Part shown: piece after piece, positions 38,231 to 52,676 of the stretch
Layout of the letters: every line of letters starts with the position of its first letter
How positions within the stretch are numbered: the stretch's first letter is position 1
From: Rhina ancylostomus
Taxonomy: Eukaryota
NCBI GenBank assembly: GCA_030265395.1
Contig: JARFYF010000002.1
Coordinates: 45,576,293 to 45,640,292, forward strand
Length of the DNA: 64,000 nucleotides
Reading direction: 5' to 3'
The notes under the pieces: model-generated
Database searches by the model: none
What the model saw: only the letters and a program-made list of their open reading frames with translations
Told to the model about the DNA's origin: nothing
Position numbers and translations under genes: made by a program

Positions 38231-40544
38231 CTGCTCTATGGCTCAATGGTTCTATTAATCAATTCCTACAAAAAGAGGCTTAGTTAATAGCAGCGGCTGG
38301 CACTTCTGAGAAGGTATCTATGCACAGATCTGAATTCATACAGAAATATTTTATCGACCATGGACATTCATAGTTATGTTGGATTAATCTATAATTCTGA
38401 AATCTTGTGGAAAGCAATTACTCATACTTTAACAAAGAAATAATAATGCTGTCAAATCTTTTTTGCCCTGAGTGCATTGCTTTTGTCATGCTACAGATAT
38501 TAGAATTGGTTAACTGTGCAATAATTTTATTAGAATATCCAGTGTCAATATATTTTTTAATTTTTGTTTTTTATGATGATGGTTCACCTTTGACTTTATT
38601 TACCACAAGACCATCAGAGAATATAAAGCTGTCACAATCACAGCCTGAAACACCTGAAAATGTGGCAATAGCACTTTGAAAACTATATCAGCTTGGATTT
38701 TAGAAGTTCTACTGAGTGAGTAAATACCATTTTATGGAAGCTATATTCAGATATCTATTTCTATCCTAAAAAAAGGGCTCCAGTAATGTCTGTTTTTTTT
38801 AAATATCCAGTTATTTTATTCACTGTTGTGCATTACCTTAGATCTGTTCTTGGCTATGTTTTATAGGCAATCTAGAACTAGGTATTGTTAGTTTTTAATA
38901 AAGAACTCAGGCATTAAGCTATGATTTTAAATATATACAATAAAGAGATCAGTGTTAAACTTCAAAACACCACTGCCTTCAATAACATGGACAACAACTT
39001 TTTAAATTTTGAAATGCAATTTGTGGCATTTTATATAACAACACAGATGGCATTTAGGGTGACACAGATGAATTTAAGTTGATTATAATTTGACTTCTTC
39101 TCTCCTTCCTCCTAATAAACCTTGGTTAAATCCAATATATAAATAAAAAACCAAAATTCATGCCATGATTTTCCTTAAAAAAAAGGCGAGGGAATTAGAT
39201 CCCTCATCTCAAGAAAGTTAAATAAGCTTTCATTTTTCTCATGAGCATGGTAAAGCTGTGTTTAGTCATATGTGTTAAACATCCCGCTACAGGCATCTGG
39301 AGGCATATTGAGAATCATTCAGTACATTGCTGGCATAATACAAGTTAATTATTTATAGATCATCTCCATAATTGGGGAGGTAGAAAGGTGTGATTATTTT
39401 TGGATAAATCAGCCATGTTGGATTAGGATCAATTCACTAGCTGAACCTAAATGTATTTTCAAACACTCCAGAATTAAAGCAATCAAAGCAGTTTCAACAC
39501 CACCACTGCATGCAGTTTGTCTTTACCAGGTGGCAAACAGGGCTCATCACAGTACAGAGAATAGGCAGGATCTATGACAGCTTTAGAAACCAGGATGCCA
39601 ACGAGATGAAGTGTGTCATAATCGATCGAGAGAGGAGGAAAAGCATTAAAAATAATGAGGACCCAGGAATGACTCAAATGCCAATGGAATTCAGAGAAAC
39701 ATTCATCACTTCAATAAAAGGTGACAGTAAAAACATTAGGAAATTACTGCATTGCAATGTGTTTGGGAACGTATACATTGTAGGCTATGGCCTACTGTAC
39801 CAGGTATCATTTTAACATGTGAAAGTCTTAAAATACTACCCACTGCAGNNNNNNNNNNNNNNNNNNNNNNNNNNNNNNNNNNNNNNNNNNNNNNNNNNNN
39901 NNNNNNNNNNNNNNNNNNNNNNNNNNNNNNNNNNNNNNNNNNNNNNNNAGTAATACTTTAAAAGTATAAGCAATTTATATCTTTGTTGTCTAGACCTGCA
40001 GCAAAAATGAAAATATTCAATATACATTATAGATTTAGATTTAGTTATTTTTGATAGCCAATCAACTTTACTCTGCGTTCTGTATTGTTTTACCTTATAT
40101 AATCTCAATGCACTGTTTAATGAAGGTTATGCAAGACAAGTTTTTCACTGTACCTTGGTACAAGTGACAATAATAATGAACCAATTCCAAAATTTTGAAT
40201 AGGTTGCTTAATTTTATGACTTCAAAATCCTATTGTGGAACATGGAATGCTCAAGTGAAATGTAAAAAGCTATGAATTAGTTGACAAACCTGTGGAAAAG
40301 GNNNNNNNNNNATTATTTTACTTCATTTTACATGTTTTTAATTAATTTGATTTTACATTTTTTAAATTAACATCTATTTGAATCTATTTGAAAGCCAGTG
40401 ATGAGTTGTCAAAGGGCATCAGGGTAATGCGGAGGTGGGGCTGCACCAAATATCACTAGAGAGTGCCTTGTGCTGCTTGAAGCCCATGTTGCATTGCATG
40501 TGATTTTTGGATGTGACAGGTCAGGTCTTTTGAAACTCAATGAG

Positions 40545-40866
40545 TTTCTGACTCATAACCTCAGTGATCCAGGTTCAATCCTGACCTCTGCTGCTGTCAG
40601 TGTAGAGTTTATGCATTCTGTGACCACGTGCATTTCCTCTAGATGCTCCGTTTTCCTCACACATCCCAAAGACGTGGTGGTTAGCTGGACACTGTAAATT
40701 GTCCATAGTGTGCAGGTGAATGGTAGAATCTGTGAGACCGGATGGGAATGTGAGGAAAGTAAATTGGGATTAATGTGGGATTAGTGAAAGTGAATTGTTA
40801 GTAGATGGCATGGATACAAAGGGCTGAAGGGCCCGTTTTCATTCTTTACAATTCTCTGACACTATG
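40545..40866 (+). mobile_element. HE1-like V-SINE with CR1-type tail
   Basis: B-box ggttcaatcc, V domain gctccgttttcctcacacatcccaaagacgtg, tail gggctgaagggcccgttttc..ctctgacactatga. Confidence 0.8.
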
Positions 40867-43800
40867 AGGGAAGTTATGTATTCTGTACACGTCTCATTGA
40901 AAACAATGGTGCCTAGTAATTCATCCATGGCTGGTAGTGCTAAGCATAATATAATGTTGTATCTGCCTATCATTCTATTGACTTAATTAGAATGAATTTT
41001 AGCAACAGTGTGCATTCCTTGATGTGATACACTTCATCTTTGGTCTGTCTAACTGGCAATAAGTTTCAAAGCAAAAAGAGGTAAAAAAATATTTCTGAAA
41101 AGTCTGCTTTCTCATTCAATAGTTTATCATTGGGAGCATCCACATATGTGTTTGAAAAGTTGTTGTCATGGTAACAATTTATCTGTATGGAAGTTTACAG
41201 TGCAAGATTATAAATTAAAGAGAAAATTGGTATTTCACAAAACAGGACAAAATAGGCCAGTGAAATAGAACTGCATTTGCTGTAATGAGATGGGGTTGAT
41301 ACAAATCTCCATGCATTATAGATAAATGAAAACAAGTTGACTTCAATATGTGTTACTATATCAGTCACTCGTACTTCTATTCCTGCAGTGTCTCAAAGAA
41401 GCAGTAAAAATCACCTGAGTGTGGTCTAATTAGCTATTAGTTATTTAGAATGTCTTCAAAACTCTCAAGCATAATAAATTGAAATTAAGCTCAATGTTTT
41501 CTATAAATAAATTGACTACACAACTAATATGTAAATAGAAACATGTCAATTAGTAAGACAGCTTCCCTCAAACTTAATTATCCTATTAAGTGAAATGTGC
41601 TAATCTATTAAAGACTGTCTTATAATTAGCAACAATACCCTTTAAAGCATCATTGCCTGATAGCTGTATAAATTGTTGATTATACCTTCAACTCCCAGTT
41701 TGGCTCACTTCCATTTAAACTGGCTCAAAAATCATTTGCTGGGAAGATTAGTGTGCCATGGAATGATGTTAACAGAAAAGCCTTTCCAGTTGCCATCTCT
41801 ATCCTCATCAACACCCCCAGGGATGATCCATTCCTTTTAATTATGATTATGTGACCCTGACTTTGACCTCACTGTCATAAGAGCACTGATTTCCTTTTGA
41901 GAACTCTATTAGAATTTTTCACTTTCTAAATTTATTCATTGAACACAGTATATTGTGGGTTCAAAATGGACCATTTCTGACTGGGGACAAAATATATACC
42001 ATCGACAGAATCATTTCTGCAGACTTTTTTTTTGGGCAAGAGCCATTCTATCATGTATGTTATAGTTTTTGTACGACAGAGAGGTAGCTACAATTTGTTA
42101 ATAAATATTTATGACTGCTATTACCTAGTGTGCTGTTTAAAATCAGAAAGGATAATTTTTATAAAAATAAATAATATTTTTTGAATTATAAATCTAATTT
42201 GCCGATACTGATTTTCTGGTGAAATACCACAAAGATAAACTAAAATTAAGTCAGACTAAATAAATATTAATTTTACTATACAGAATGATGGCTATGACGT
42301 CAACCGTTTTAGCTAGTGAGTGTTATACACGCCCAAAACAAGACAGAGAGAAAAAACTTGTCTTTGATATATAGTAGCAGACACATATTGTTCCAAAGTT
42401 CATTTCAACATGTAGCTGCTACTATATAGCATATTTAACATGAATGATAGGTCAATCTTCAATCTTGCCTTTGCAACAGTTAACTTCTTTAAAAAATTGA
42501 CTTTGATTATTATGCAATCTGTCCAAAGACAACTTTCCAGCTATTGTAATATACAATTTTAGTGCAGTTTCAATTCCAATAGAACAATATCTCCACTGCA
42601 ACAAGCTCCTTACTTGGAACGAAGAAGTGAATATTTTTTACTTTCAAGGAGGTAGACACCTTGAAGCCAAATTATTCCTATTTGTTGACTAGTACGAATT
42701 ATTATTGGAAATATTTTGCTTTGTCATTGATTTTAATAAGACCTCCCAGCCAATGCCTTCTCGCAGTTTCTGCAGGCATTTGCTGTACGTATATCCTGCT
42801 ACTGTTCTTTTTCCTGATCTGGTTATTTTTTGAATCAGACCAACATCATCCTCATGTTCACCAATTCTTAAGTAATAAATCCTGGAAATTCTCTGAAAAC
42901 TTTCTTTCTAGAAGAATTTCCTAGCCAAGCAAAGCTACCAGTAAATGGGCCCAAAGTCACCCTAGAAGGTTAAAATAAGAAAAGTTTGGAATATCATATC
43001 TGTGCAGGCTATGTGACCTGTCAGGCTAGGTTTAGGGAGCAACTCTTCAGAGAGTGCCTGCACCATTCTAGAAAATATTTTCTTATTTAGACAAAGTATG
43101 GTTTTCAAAGTACTTTAATGATATCTCCTTTAACATAGGTGGCCACCAGCAGTCCTTAATAACCAGGACCTCAATGACATTGTCTGGTGCCACAAAATCA
43201 CAGGACACTGCAGTGCAAAATCCCACATTGTGAACCCAGCAAATGAGCAAAATGATTCCAATGCATGGAAAGCAGGAAAACACTAATTACTTTTAGATTG
43301 CTTTGAGGGAATGGATGCTCTTATTAAGTAAGTGCATTGTTTTGCATATAAACTATTCACAACATTTGATTTGAAATGTATTACAATGACAGACAATGGT
43401 CACCATCTGAAAATAAAAATATCTGGAAATGAGCTGCTAGCACGTATAGTCCATTTTCTGGCATCAAAGCTTAGAGAGCAAGAGTGCCTGGCAGTGCATT
43501 TCTGAGGATAAGACTGAGGTTCTAGAGCAATTGAGTTTAAGAGGTCACATATTCTTGCTAAACTACATTACACCTCAAGCAGTAAATGTAAGTCTCAGCA
43601 AAATACCTCACCAAAAACCATAAACAGGAGTGATAATGGTTCTCAGTTATACATCATGATATTCATGAAGCAAAAAGTAAATGAATTTGCATGACCAAAT
43701 TGATTTTTTTTGCTGATTTTTTGAAACAGTGAAGATTTTTTTAGGAATCTTGAATTGCAAGTCTATTAATGATAAACNNNNNNNNNNNNNNNNNNNNNNN

Positions 43801-44565
43801 NNNNNNNNNNNNNNNNNNNNNNNNNNNNNNNNNNNNNNNNNNNNNNNNNNNNNNNNNNNNNNNNNNNNNNNNNNNNNGATAAACAATAAGCACCTATTGG
43901 CTCTAAAGTAACTTAATTATGACAAAAACATTATTCACACCTGATGCTTTTTTTGTTCATAGGTTGGGGGAGGGGATATTTCTGCCATTGCATTAGCAAA
44001 CTAGTGAAACAAAACCCACTGTTATAATATTTGATATTCCCATTTTTGTGCTTTGTATTTTCAATGAGAAAATGCTTATTTCCAGTTTATTATTCCTACA
44101 GGACATCTTACCAGACAAGAGTGCGGTTCATAAATACTGGCCTGAGTTTAGACTATTAATATGAATTCCTAATGTACACTGTTGGCAAATGAGATTCATC
44201 ACCAGTAACACTGAATTGGAGAATTATTCCTTTAATGAGCATCTGGTAAACTCCTGCAAGGTACTGAAAATAATCAGCTCCAGCATTGAAAGTATTCAGT
44301 CCAATATCAAGAATGTAAATCTTCATCTGTCTGTTTTGACTAGCTCTGGTAATATAATGCTATTCTAGACAAGTTCTCAACTTAAAGCTACCTTCAAGAG
44401 TTAAATGAAAATAGTTAATCCCCATCTTGAACAATGTTTAAAGACATTGAAGATGTTTTCACCCACATTTATCATAATATACAACAATCAACTTATGTTT
44501 TTTACATTTCTTCCATTTTTATCTGCAAATATGATGCAATATTTCTTATGGATTGTTTTACATAC

Positions 44566-44772
44566 CAACAAGGCTCTTGTAGTCCATCAAGTCAAACATC
44601 ACAATAGCCACTGCTGACCAAGTTACAATCAAAGCCACAACTAGGAACCATGCTGCTGGAGAGCTGAAAGTTGTGGCCAGATCATCAGACACAGATTTTT
44701 TTGACATCTTTGCCATAGGTGTTGAAACAGCTCCATTCTTGTCATCAAAGCCAGTGGTGTTCATTGGGTAAC
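44566..44772 (-). CDS. TRDN: Triadin exon (equivalent of mammalian exon 2): cytoplasmic N-terminus plus single transmembrane helix
   Basis: ttgtccag|GT...GTTG|gtatgt, 207 nt, phase 1-1. Translation GYPMNTTGFDDKNGAVSTPMAKMSKKSVSDDLATTFSSPAAWFLVVALIVTWSAVAIVMFDLMDYKSLV matches the triadin motif TTFSSPAAWLLVIALIITWSAVAIVMFDLVDYK as I recall it. Confidence 0.96.
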
Positions 44773-45059
44773 CTGGACAATTAATGTTATAATCAAGATT
44801 ATAATTCAACATTTTTGAAAAGCAATTGATAATATATAAATAATATGAATTAGACTAAAATCTTTTAAATGTGTTTCAGAATATATTCTTTTTATTATCA
44901 TCTAACATCATTTATAAATGCCCCAAACAAGTGATGACTTTAATCCATTCCACATAGGAACATGGGAACAGTTGGAGAACATTGAAAAGTGAGTTATGTT
45001 GTTGTAAAAATTAATTGCACAGAAGATAGTCATTCAACCATCATGCCAAAAGTGAACTG

Positions 45060-45650
45060 CTCAGGTTATTTCCATTTCCCAGCTTCTGATGTAGAACTAT
45101 ATAGGTTCTGACTTGTCTAGTCCTCTTCAAAGTACTTCCTAAGTGTGGTGAAAGCTTCTGCCTCCACTATCCTTTCAGGCAGAGAACTCCAGATCTGTCC
45201 CAATTACCCCCACCCCCATGTCTCATTGCTCAACTCCCTTCTGATAATTTGACAACTTAAACTTGTGACCCTTAGTTATTGTCCTCTCTGCTGTGGGAAA
45301 AATGTTCCACTACGTTTAGGTCTCTCTCATAGTTGTATATCCCTCAATTACATATTCCATCAGATTCCTTTGATCCAAAGAAATCAACCACAGCTAGTTT
45401 CTCCTTGGCAACATTCTAAAAGAGCTCCTCTGGACCCTCCCTTATGCTGTCACAACCTTCTTGTACTTAATAACCAGACTGACTCAGAACTCTAGCTGTG
45501 ACCTTTTAATCAGTTCTAGCATGGCCTCTCTGCTCTTGTATCCAAAGCCTGCCCTGTAGGTTCAAGGATTTCTGGATATGTATTCCAAGATCCCCTTTTT
45601 TACCCACACACCTTTTACTATATTACCATTACTGGGTATTCCCTTGGAAA
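45060..45650 (-). mobile_element. Old, degenerate CR1-like fragment
   Basis: tctgcctccactatcctttcaggcagagaactccag, tgacccttagtt and taccattactgggtattccct are collinear with other reverse CR1 3' ends in the window. Confidence 0.45.
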
Positions 45651-46242
45651 ATGGTGTTGCTGAATTTTCTCCACAATCATGTTATTTGTAATGCATTAAT
45701 ACTGCCATGTAACAACTACCTAACTGATATTGTACACCCCTTAAAAAGAGAGTGGCACAAGATCAATTACTTTAAAAAGATTTAAGAACATGGAGTTGAA
45801 GCTGGAAACTCCTAATTATTACTGCCAGAAATCAATGAAATGCCAATAGTAATATTCCAATAATGTCAGTGGTTACTGGCAAAATAAATCTGACTGGCAA
45901 CTATTATTAGTGATATAAATGGATAAATACTTAAGCTGTTAAGCTATTTTTTTAGTCTAACCTTAATTTCTCTTCCAACCACATTAAGATGTATATTGGC
46001 CACTCTTGACCATGCACTACCTGCAAATGCACTGGGGAGGTTGAAATGGTTTCCAGACAGTTTATATTTCAAAGGTTGATTTATATGCTTCACTCCATTC
46101 AGCAGAGAGAAAGAAGCTTAGCCTAGAATCGTAGAAGCCAAATAAAGAATGACTTTTGAGAAAGGGGGATATAATAGATGTAGTTAGGTGCAAACAGCAT
46201 TTGCACAGTGTTTCTGCAGCAGGTTGCGAACAAGAATAAAAC

Positions 46243-46930
46243 ATAAGAAATAGAAGCAGGAGCAGACCATTTGTCCCTTCGTGCCTGTTCCACTATTCAT
46301 CAAGGACTTCTACATCAAGGCCATTTTTCTGTACTATCCCTAAAGCTCTTGATACCTTTAATAACCAGAAATCTATCTGTCTCTGTTTTGAATGAACTCA
46401 ATAGCTGAGCTTCCACAGCCCTGTAGATTGAGAATTCCTAAGATTCGTTACTCTATGCACTACACATTGCAGTCCTAAATGGGCTCCTCCATATTCTGGG
46501 ACAGTGACCTCTGCTTCTAAACTCCTCGGCCAGGGGAAACATTCACCTTGCAGCCAGCCTGTTAAGCCTGGTAAGACTTTTATAAGTTTTGATGAGATCT
46601 CCATCCATTTCTCTAAATTCGAGAAATTATAGACCGAGTCTATTCAATCTCTTCTCATAAATCAAACTCACTGTTCCTGGAATCAGTCTAGTGAATATTA
46701 GCTGCACTCCTTTTTCGGTAAGGAGATCAAACTGTACACAATACTCCAAGAGCAGTCTCACCAAAGGCCTAAACAATTGCAGTAAAATATCTTAGCTCCT
46801 GTATTCCAATTCTCTTGTAAATAAAGGCCATCCTAATTGCTTGCTGCACCTAAAACTATTGACTTTCACTTACTTGTGTACAAGGACACCCCAGTCCCTT
46901 TGAACATCAATATTACACATTCTCTTACCA
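46243..46930 (-). mobile_element. CR1-clade LINE 3' fragment, reverse orientation
   Basis: Tail cataagaaatagaagcaggagcagaccatt, gagatcaaactgtacacaatactccaag (LEYCVQF reverse complement) and ggacaccccagtccctttg (QRDWGV reverse complement). Confidence 0.85.
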
Positions 46931-48239
46931 CATAAAAAGTATTCTATTTTTCCATAGGGAAACCCACAGAAATTCAACTCATCTAGCATCCAATGCCCCG
47001 ACACTATACTCTCCCAGACCCTTAATCTATCATAATGCACTGTAATCATTTCAATTTCCCTTTTGACTAAAGGACTTGCATTTCTCTGGCTGCTCTTTAA
47101 GGTTTTCCTCTGAACCCAAAATACACTCGAGGCAGAAGTGTTTTGACTTACGTAAGGTTGCCAAGTGATGTATACAATGACATTTTTATCACCACTTTCA
47201 ATATTTCTTCTGTTAAATAGGTTCCACCATCACAGAAGACGAACACAGAGAACAAAACCAACTGCTGATCTATTTATAAATGCACATACAGGATTATTTC
47301 TGTCCATCCTACTATGGTATGTTTCCCTGGTCACCAACTAAATATCGAGCACCAAGCACTCTGCCAGCACAAAGTTCAATGACTTCTGTATGCTCACGGA
47401 CAAATAAGAAGGCTGATGTCCATGACATTTCAGTGTGGGTCATATTTTCTTGTTCCAATGTTGCCTTTCTAACAGATTTCCTTTTTATTATCAATTTGCA
47501 GAAGAACACTGCATCTAGCACAAGAAGAGTGACTGAAACAGTGAGCTCTGACTCCTTGTCAGGAAATGATCTTCAAAATTATGGATATGGAGATAATAGA
47601 GGAAGCATTGTCGGAAGGTAGTCAGAAACCTCAGCAATATCTTGGCTGTTAGTTCTTGCTTTTCACTGTTTATCATTGATTCACACATTTAATCCCTCGC
47701 AGGCAGGTTACATTCACATGGTAATCCTCATGTACAGCAGTGTTTCAAAAATGCATCAATACAAGTATCACATTGTATGTTCTTCCTCTGCTGGATAATT
47801 GTGTAATTCAGTGATAAACAATGAAAAGCACTCTATAGTCTTACCCAAGGAAAATTCATATCACCCTGTGGTATAGGTACATTATATTAGATGGAAGTGT
47901 GAGTGTTCTTGAGGGTTGGATGGGTCATTGTTACCACAAGGAACTACAGTTCATAATAAGTGATCCCATAATTACAACATTAAATGTACCATGCTTCAGG
48001 TTCAGTTGAGTATCGACTGCCAGAATAAACAGATGTGTTTACTTTGAAACTATCAGTCTAAGCAACTTCTATAATACTCCACTGTGCAGGACAAGAAGAA
48101 GACACTAGACTGGTGACAAGGAAGGAATACCCACTGTAATAGTCTGTATTTCTAGAGTCAGCAAATTAAAGGAAGATTGGTAAAACAGAAGGATGAATCA
48201 CAGAACTGGAAAGTATAAACTGCCCTCTAGATGAGATAG

Positions 48240-48640
48240 CAGAAATGATGCAAAATGGAATACATTCAAACATTGGAAAACTCATTAAATATGACAAAGC
48301 ACAAGAGACATTTAGCAGTTACCTTGATTGATTGGATATGTTCTTCAAAGCAAATAACATTGTAGAAAATACAGATGAAAATGCTGAACAACTGCATTGC
48401 TCTGTGAGTGAAAGGAAGCTGTACCATACCTTGAGTGGAAGCGGCATGAACATTTATGCCACCCCTGCGAATATACTGATTCACATAGCATGGTGGATCT
48501 CCCAGTTAATGAGATGGTTCAGAAATTAAAGATTTATTTTGATCTGGTATCATCTAAAATGCTTCATCTGGTACCTTTAACCAAATACCAGAGAAGCAAT
48601 CGGTGATGACGTTGTGAATTTAAGAAACTTAATGAGACCT
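48240..48640 (+). mobile_element. Possible decayed Gypsy gag-like fragment
   Basis: The translated piece LDMFFKANNI...CSVSERKLYHTL resembles the N-terminal gag motif (ERLE.FF.AN.I ... LS..G.K.Y..L) of Gypsy elements. Heavily disrupted. Confidence 0.35.
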
Positions 48641-49334
48641 TCAAGGCCAAAGATAATTTACATCCACTTGAGTTGTGTGTGTTCTGAGGTGGGGGTGGCT
48701 AATGAAGCTAATGTGGGAACCACAGACTGGTCCACAAATTGGGCAGTTGGTGACTGAATGGGAGGGGTAGGGGAAGGATGAGTGGATAATTTGTGAGGTG
48801 GTCCTCTCTTTCCGTCACTTACACAGGTTATTTGTGCATCATACATTGAAGAATATACTAGTGTGTGGGCTAACTGAAAATTGCATTTAGGTGAAGGTTT
48901 TAGGTACACTAGAACTCTCTTTAGCCAAAGCATGAGGAATTGCTGATAAAACTGAGATGGCACAGTAGAAAGCAGAGTAGGTCAGTCAGCATAGGGTTCC
49001 AGGATGTAGAAGGCTACAGAAACAGCAAGGCATCATATTCATCTTCTTCATTGGGACCTGGTTAAATGAGTATAAAGGGCAGTTTCGGAGAAGGAAACCA
49101 GCAGGTCACATGGACCTGAAAGGCAGGAAAGCCTGTAATTATTACAGGAGAAGTTGGTCGTGGAGCATCCCTTCAAATATTATACTAAGGTATGTAAATG
49201 TGTAAGTGATAAATGGCACTTATGCAACACCTGATGGCCAAGTAAATCTGTCAGTACTACAGATGTTTTCAAGTTAAAAATTAACATTGACACATTCCTC
49301 AACATTAACGTTCCTCGATGCGGAAGTGATGCAC

Positions 49335-49465
49335 ATAAGCATAAGTTCAACCTGTACTACCTCAATGCACTGTGTAATGAATTGATCTGTGCGAACAGTA
49401 TGCAAGACAAGTTTTTCATTGTATGTCGGTACAAGTGGCATAATAAACCAATACCAATACCAATA
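49335..49465 (+). mobile_element. Rex1/Babar-type 3' tail fragment
   Basis: tgcaagacaagtttttcattgta..gtacaagtggcataataaa(ccaata)n is the inverse of the tail at about 61322-61440. A similar piece lies at about 40070-40170. Confidence 0.65.
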
Positions 49466-52400
49466 AACTTCCCAGTATGATATCAGATTGCTAACCCAAT
49501 GAGTAATACTATTGAAGACCTTGGTAGAAATAACATTCATGGTTCTGTGTGATGAACGAAGGATCACAATATGATGATTGCAGCAAACTATCCACATAAA
49601 ACTACATTCCTGAATAGGGATTGGTTATGGCTACTTCAACTCAATTGGGCATGCAGTATAACATGATCAGGGCAGAATGATCTGTGAATTTATTTAATGA
49701 TTCACACAGTGGAATAATTGAGCTGTATAAAATTATTATGCAATAAATGAGAGTAAGAAGAACCTAGATTAAAAAATTACATTCACATTTTTTTTATAAT
49801 TTACATCTAAGTATATAACAAAATATGCATTAGCCAAGAAGGCCTGTTCCTTCAATTTTGGTGCTACATGTAAAATTCAGAATACTTCACTTGTGCAGAA
49901 TGGGCCTTTAATCAAGGAACAGTTGGAGTCAACACAGTGCTTACTGGAACATATGTTCCAGGAGGTGGTCACACAGAATTCAGGAGGATAGTAATTGCAT
50001 GGCTCTCTGATGGGGAATGACACAATCAGTGCAGGAATGTGCAACTTTTTCTCTCATCCTCTGATTTTAATCAATGCAGTCACCAATCTGAAAATATTGT
50101 GAAATGATTTAATTTTGTCTTGATATCATGTTGGATTTTTACTTCCATAATTAGAGGGCAGCATTAAAATATCTGAGAAGATCCTGGGCTTTGATATCAT
50201 TGAAGAGAATGCTTAAAACAAAACTTCAGAAAGCAAGATATTCTACCTCCTTCTCAAACTTTATGCTGATAATGCAATCAGAATTACCTTTGAGGTTACT
50301 ATTTAGAAATCCCTTGTAGACGATTCTATGATTTTAAAGGAATAAACTATTGAAAAGTACATGATAATGAATGGAGATGCTAATTAAAGTATTTGAAGTG
50401 TGAGTCAACAAACACTTGGAACAGTGATATTAATTTTGTTTGTGCCTGACTAGCAACCTCAAGGAATTTAATTAGGGCACCTGACTAGCAACTTCAAAGA
50501 AGAACCAGTTCTGGGCCATAATATCTGGGAAGCTTGTATTATAATCAAATCAGAAAGTGATATGAAGACAGTACTGATTAAAATAAGTAAAATACCCTGA
50601 CTGGCAACATAGCCCACTTCTTTAGAAATATTTTAATTTGTGTCTGGTATCATTCTTGTCCATTATAACATAAATCATATGACCTTTTTTTTCAGTACAA
50701 ACCATTTCACACCATTTAGCTTTTGAAATGTACTTCAACAAAAAGATAAAATGTTGCTGCTGTATAATTTAGGCAACCAATTCAACAGTGAAGAATAAAA
50801 CCAAAGCATCAAATGGACCGTGTAAACTTGCTACAATGCAATAAATCTGCAACAGTACCGTGATCAATTGCCTGCGTTATATTCAGTCATTAACTCATTA
50901 ATATCTTGCCCTCAGCTAGTATGGCCAAACAGTGGCAATTATTCTTGTTAATGATTTCATTTCAACAGGTGGCACAGAAATAATATTTTCTCATATTACA
51001 GCTTATAAAAAGACACTAAACTTGGTAAGAAGAAGACACATGTACTGAAAAAATAATACATAGTAACTCAATGGTGCTTATAATTCCCACCTCATTATTG
51101 AGAACAATGGACCAGGACCCGGGACTAGGACCAAGTGTCTAGAAGCAACAGTCATGTTAACTGCTAGAACTCAATTGAATCCCTCTGGTCTAGAATATCT
51201 GTCTAATAAAAACTGGGAGCTCTTGGCTGTCCATCAACTTACAGAAATCTGCTGAGGAGGGGGTTTCCAGTGTATGCTGGAAGAGGTGGTTCCCCTAACA
51301 GTGGAGGGCACAACTTTCAGTGTGGGATATAAGAAGCTTTCTTCCGGCCACTGGCTCCAGTGTGGATATTTTCTAATTTCCTTCTGAACAAATGTTGATT
51401 ATTTCACCAAACAGGAAAGTAGAGATAGTTTTGCATTCAGAGTTTGTTTAAAATGCTATCAAGATCTTATAGAATCAATGGTCCTCATTTGTATAGATGC
51501 ATGATGCCCCTGCATGGTTTATGTGACTGCTTCAAATCCCTGCAATGATTTCAACCAAGCCCACTCAAGTAAAAAGAGCAAGAAAAATGGTTAAGTTAAC
51601 AGTATTATTCTTAATGAAGTGTTACTGCCATTTACTAACTTTAGCATTTTGACCAGATGCCCCTCTGATGGCCTTGGCAATGTTGGTGGAAAGCTGCTGT
51701 TGCTCATATTGGGNNNNNNNNNNNNNNNNNNNNNNNNNNNNNNNNNNNNNNNAATCTGTGAGTGTTTGACTGTGTGCATCTGCTACTACCAGGTTAGTCT
51801 GGCCAAGTTGACTTACTGGCATAAGGGTCAGTATTAGAATGCCAAAAGAGCAGATGTGCTGAGAGAAAGCAGCACTCAGAGCTGCCTTAATGTTACTGCT
51901 ATTTCATCAGTGCTGGGTTTTGCCACTTCCACTGACATGCTGAAGATCAGTGAATCCTTGAAAAGCCCCAGCTATTTCCTCTTCTGAAATGTGCTGCCTT
52001 TCCAATACATAATACAGGCTTGAGCCCATCATCGTTGGGAAAACCAAAGAAGCTTCTCCCAAAATTGCATCAGTTAGTAATATTAAATATGATTGTGAGG
52101 ACGCAGATGCTACTTTCCTGGAGGTTGTTACACTCCCTCAGTAAAAGTTTTTTTTTACTTATTCAATTTTAGGCCATGTGGAAGGTACAGTATTTATCTC
52201 TCATTCTTGCCCTTGAGAAAGTGATCGTAACCCACAATCCTGAACCTTGGGGAGTAATCCTTCTGGTGAAGGTACTTCCGTAATGTTGTCATTACTCCTT
52301 ATGACAATGAAGGTGATNNNNNNNNNNNNNNNNNNNNNNNNNNNNNNNNNNNNNNNNNNNNNNNNNNNNNNNNNNNNNNNNNNNNNNNNNNNNNNNNNNN

Positions 52401-52676
52401 NNNNNNNNNNNNNNNNNNNNNNNNNNNNNNNNNNNNNNNNNNNNNNNNNNNNNNNNNNNNNNNNNNNNNNNNNNNNNNNNNNNNNNNNNNNNNNNNNNNN
52501 NNNNNNNNNNNNNNNNNNNNNNNNNNNNNNNNNNNNNNNNNNNNNNNNNNNNNNNNNNNNNNNNNNNNNNNNNNNNNNNNNNNNNNNNNNNNNNNNNNNN
52601 NNNNNNNNNNNNNNNNNNNNNNNNNNNNNNNNNNNNNNNNNNNNNNNNNNNNNNNNNNNNNNNNNNNNNNNNNNNN

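Noticed and set aside
44566-44772. Alternative identification as ASPH/junctin
   Set aside because: The FSSPAAW, WIYGF.SLLSDI and DQY.FCRY motifs are triadin-specific as I recall them.
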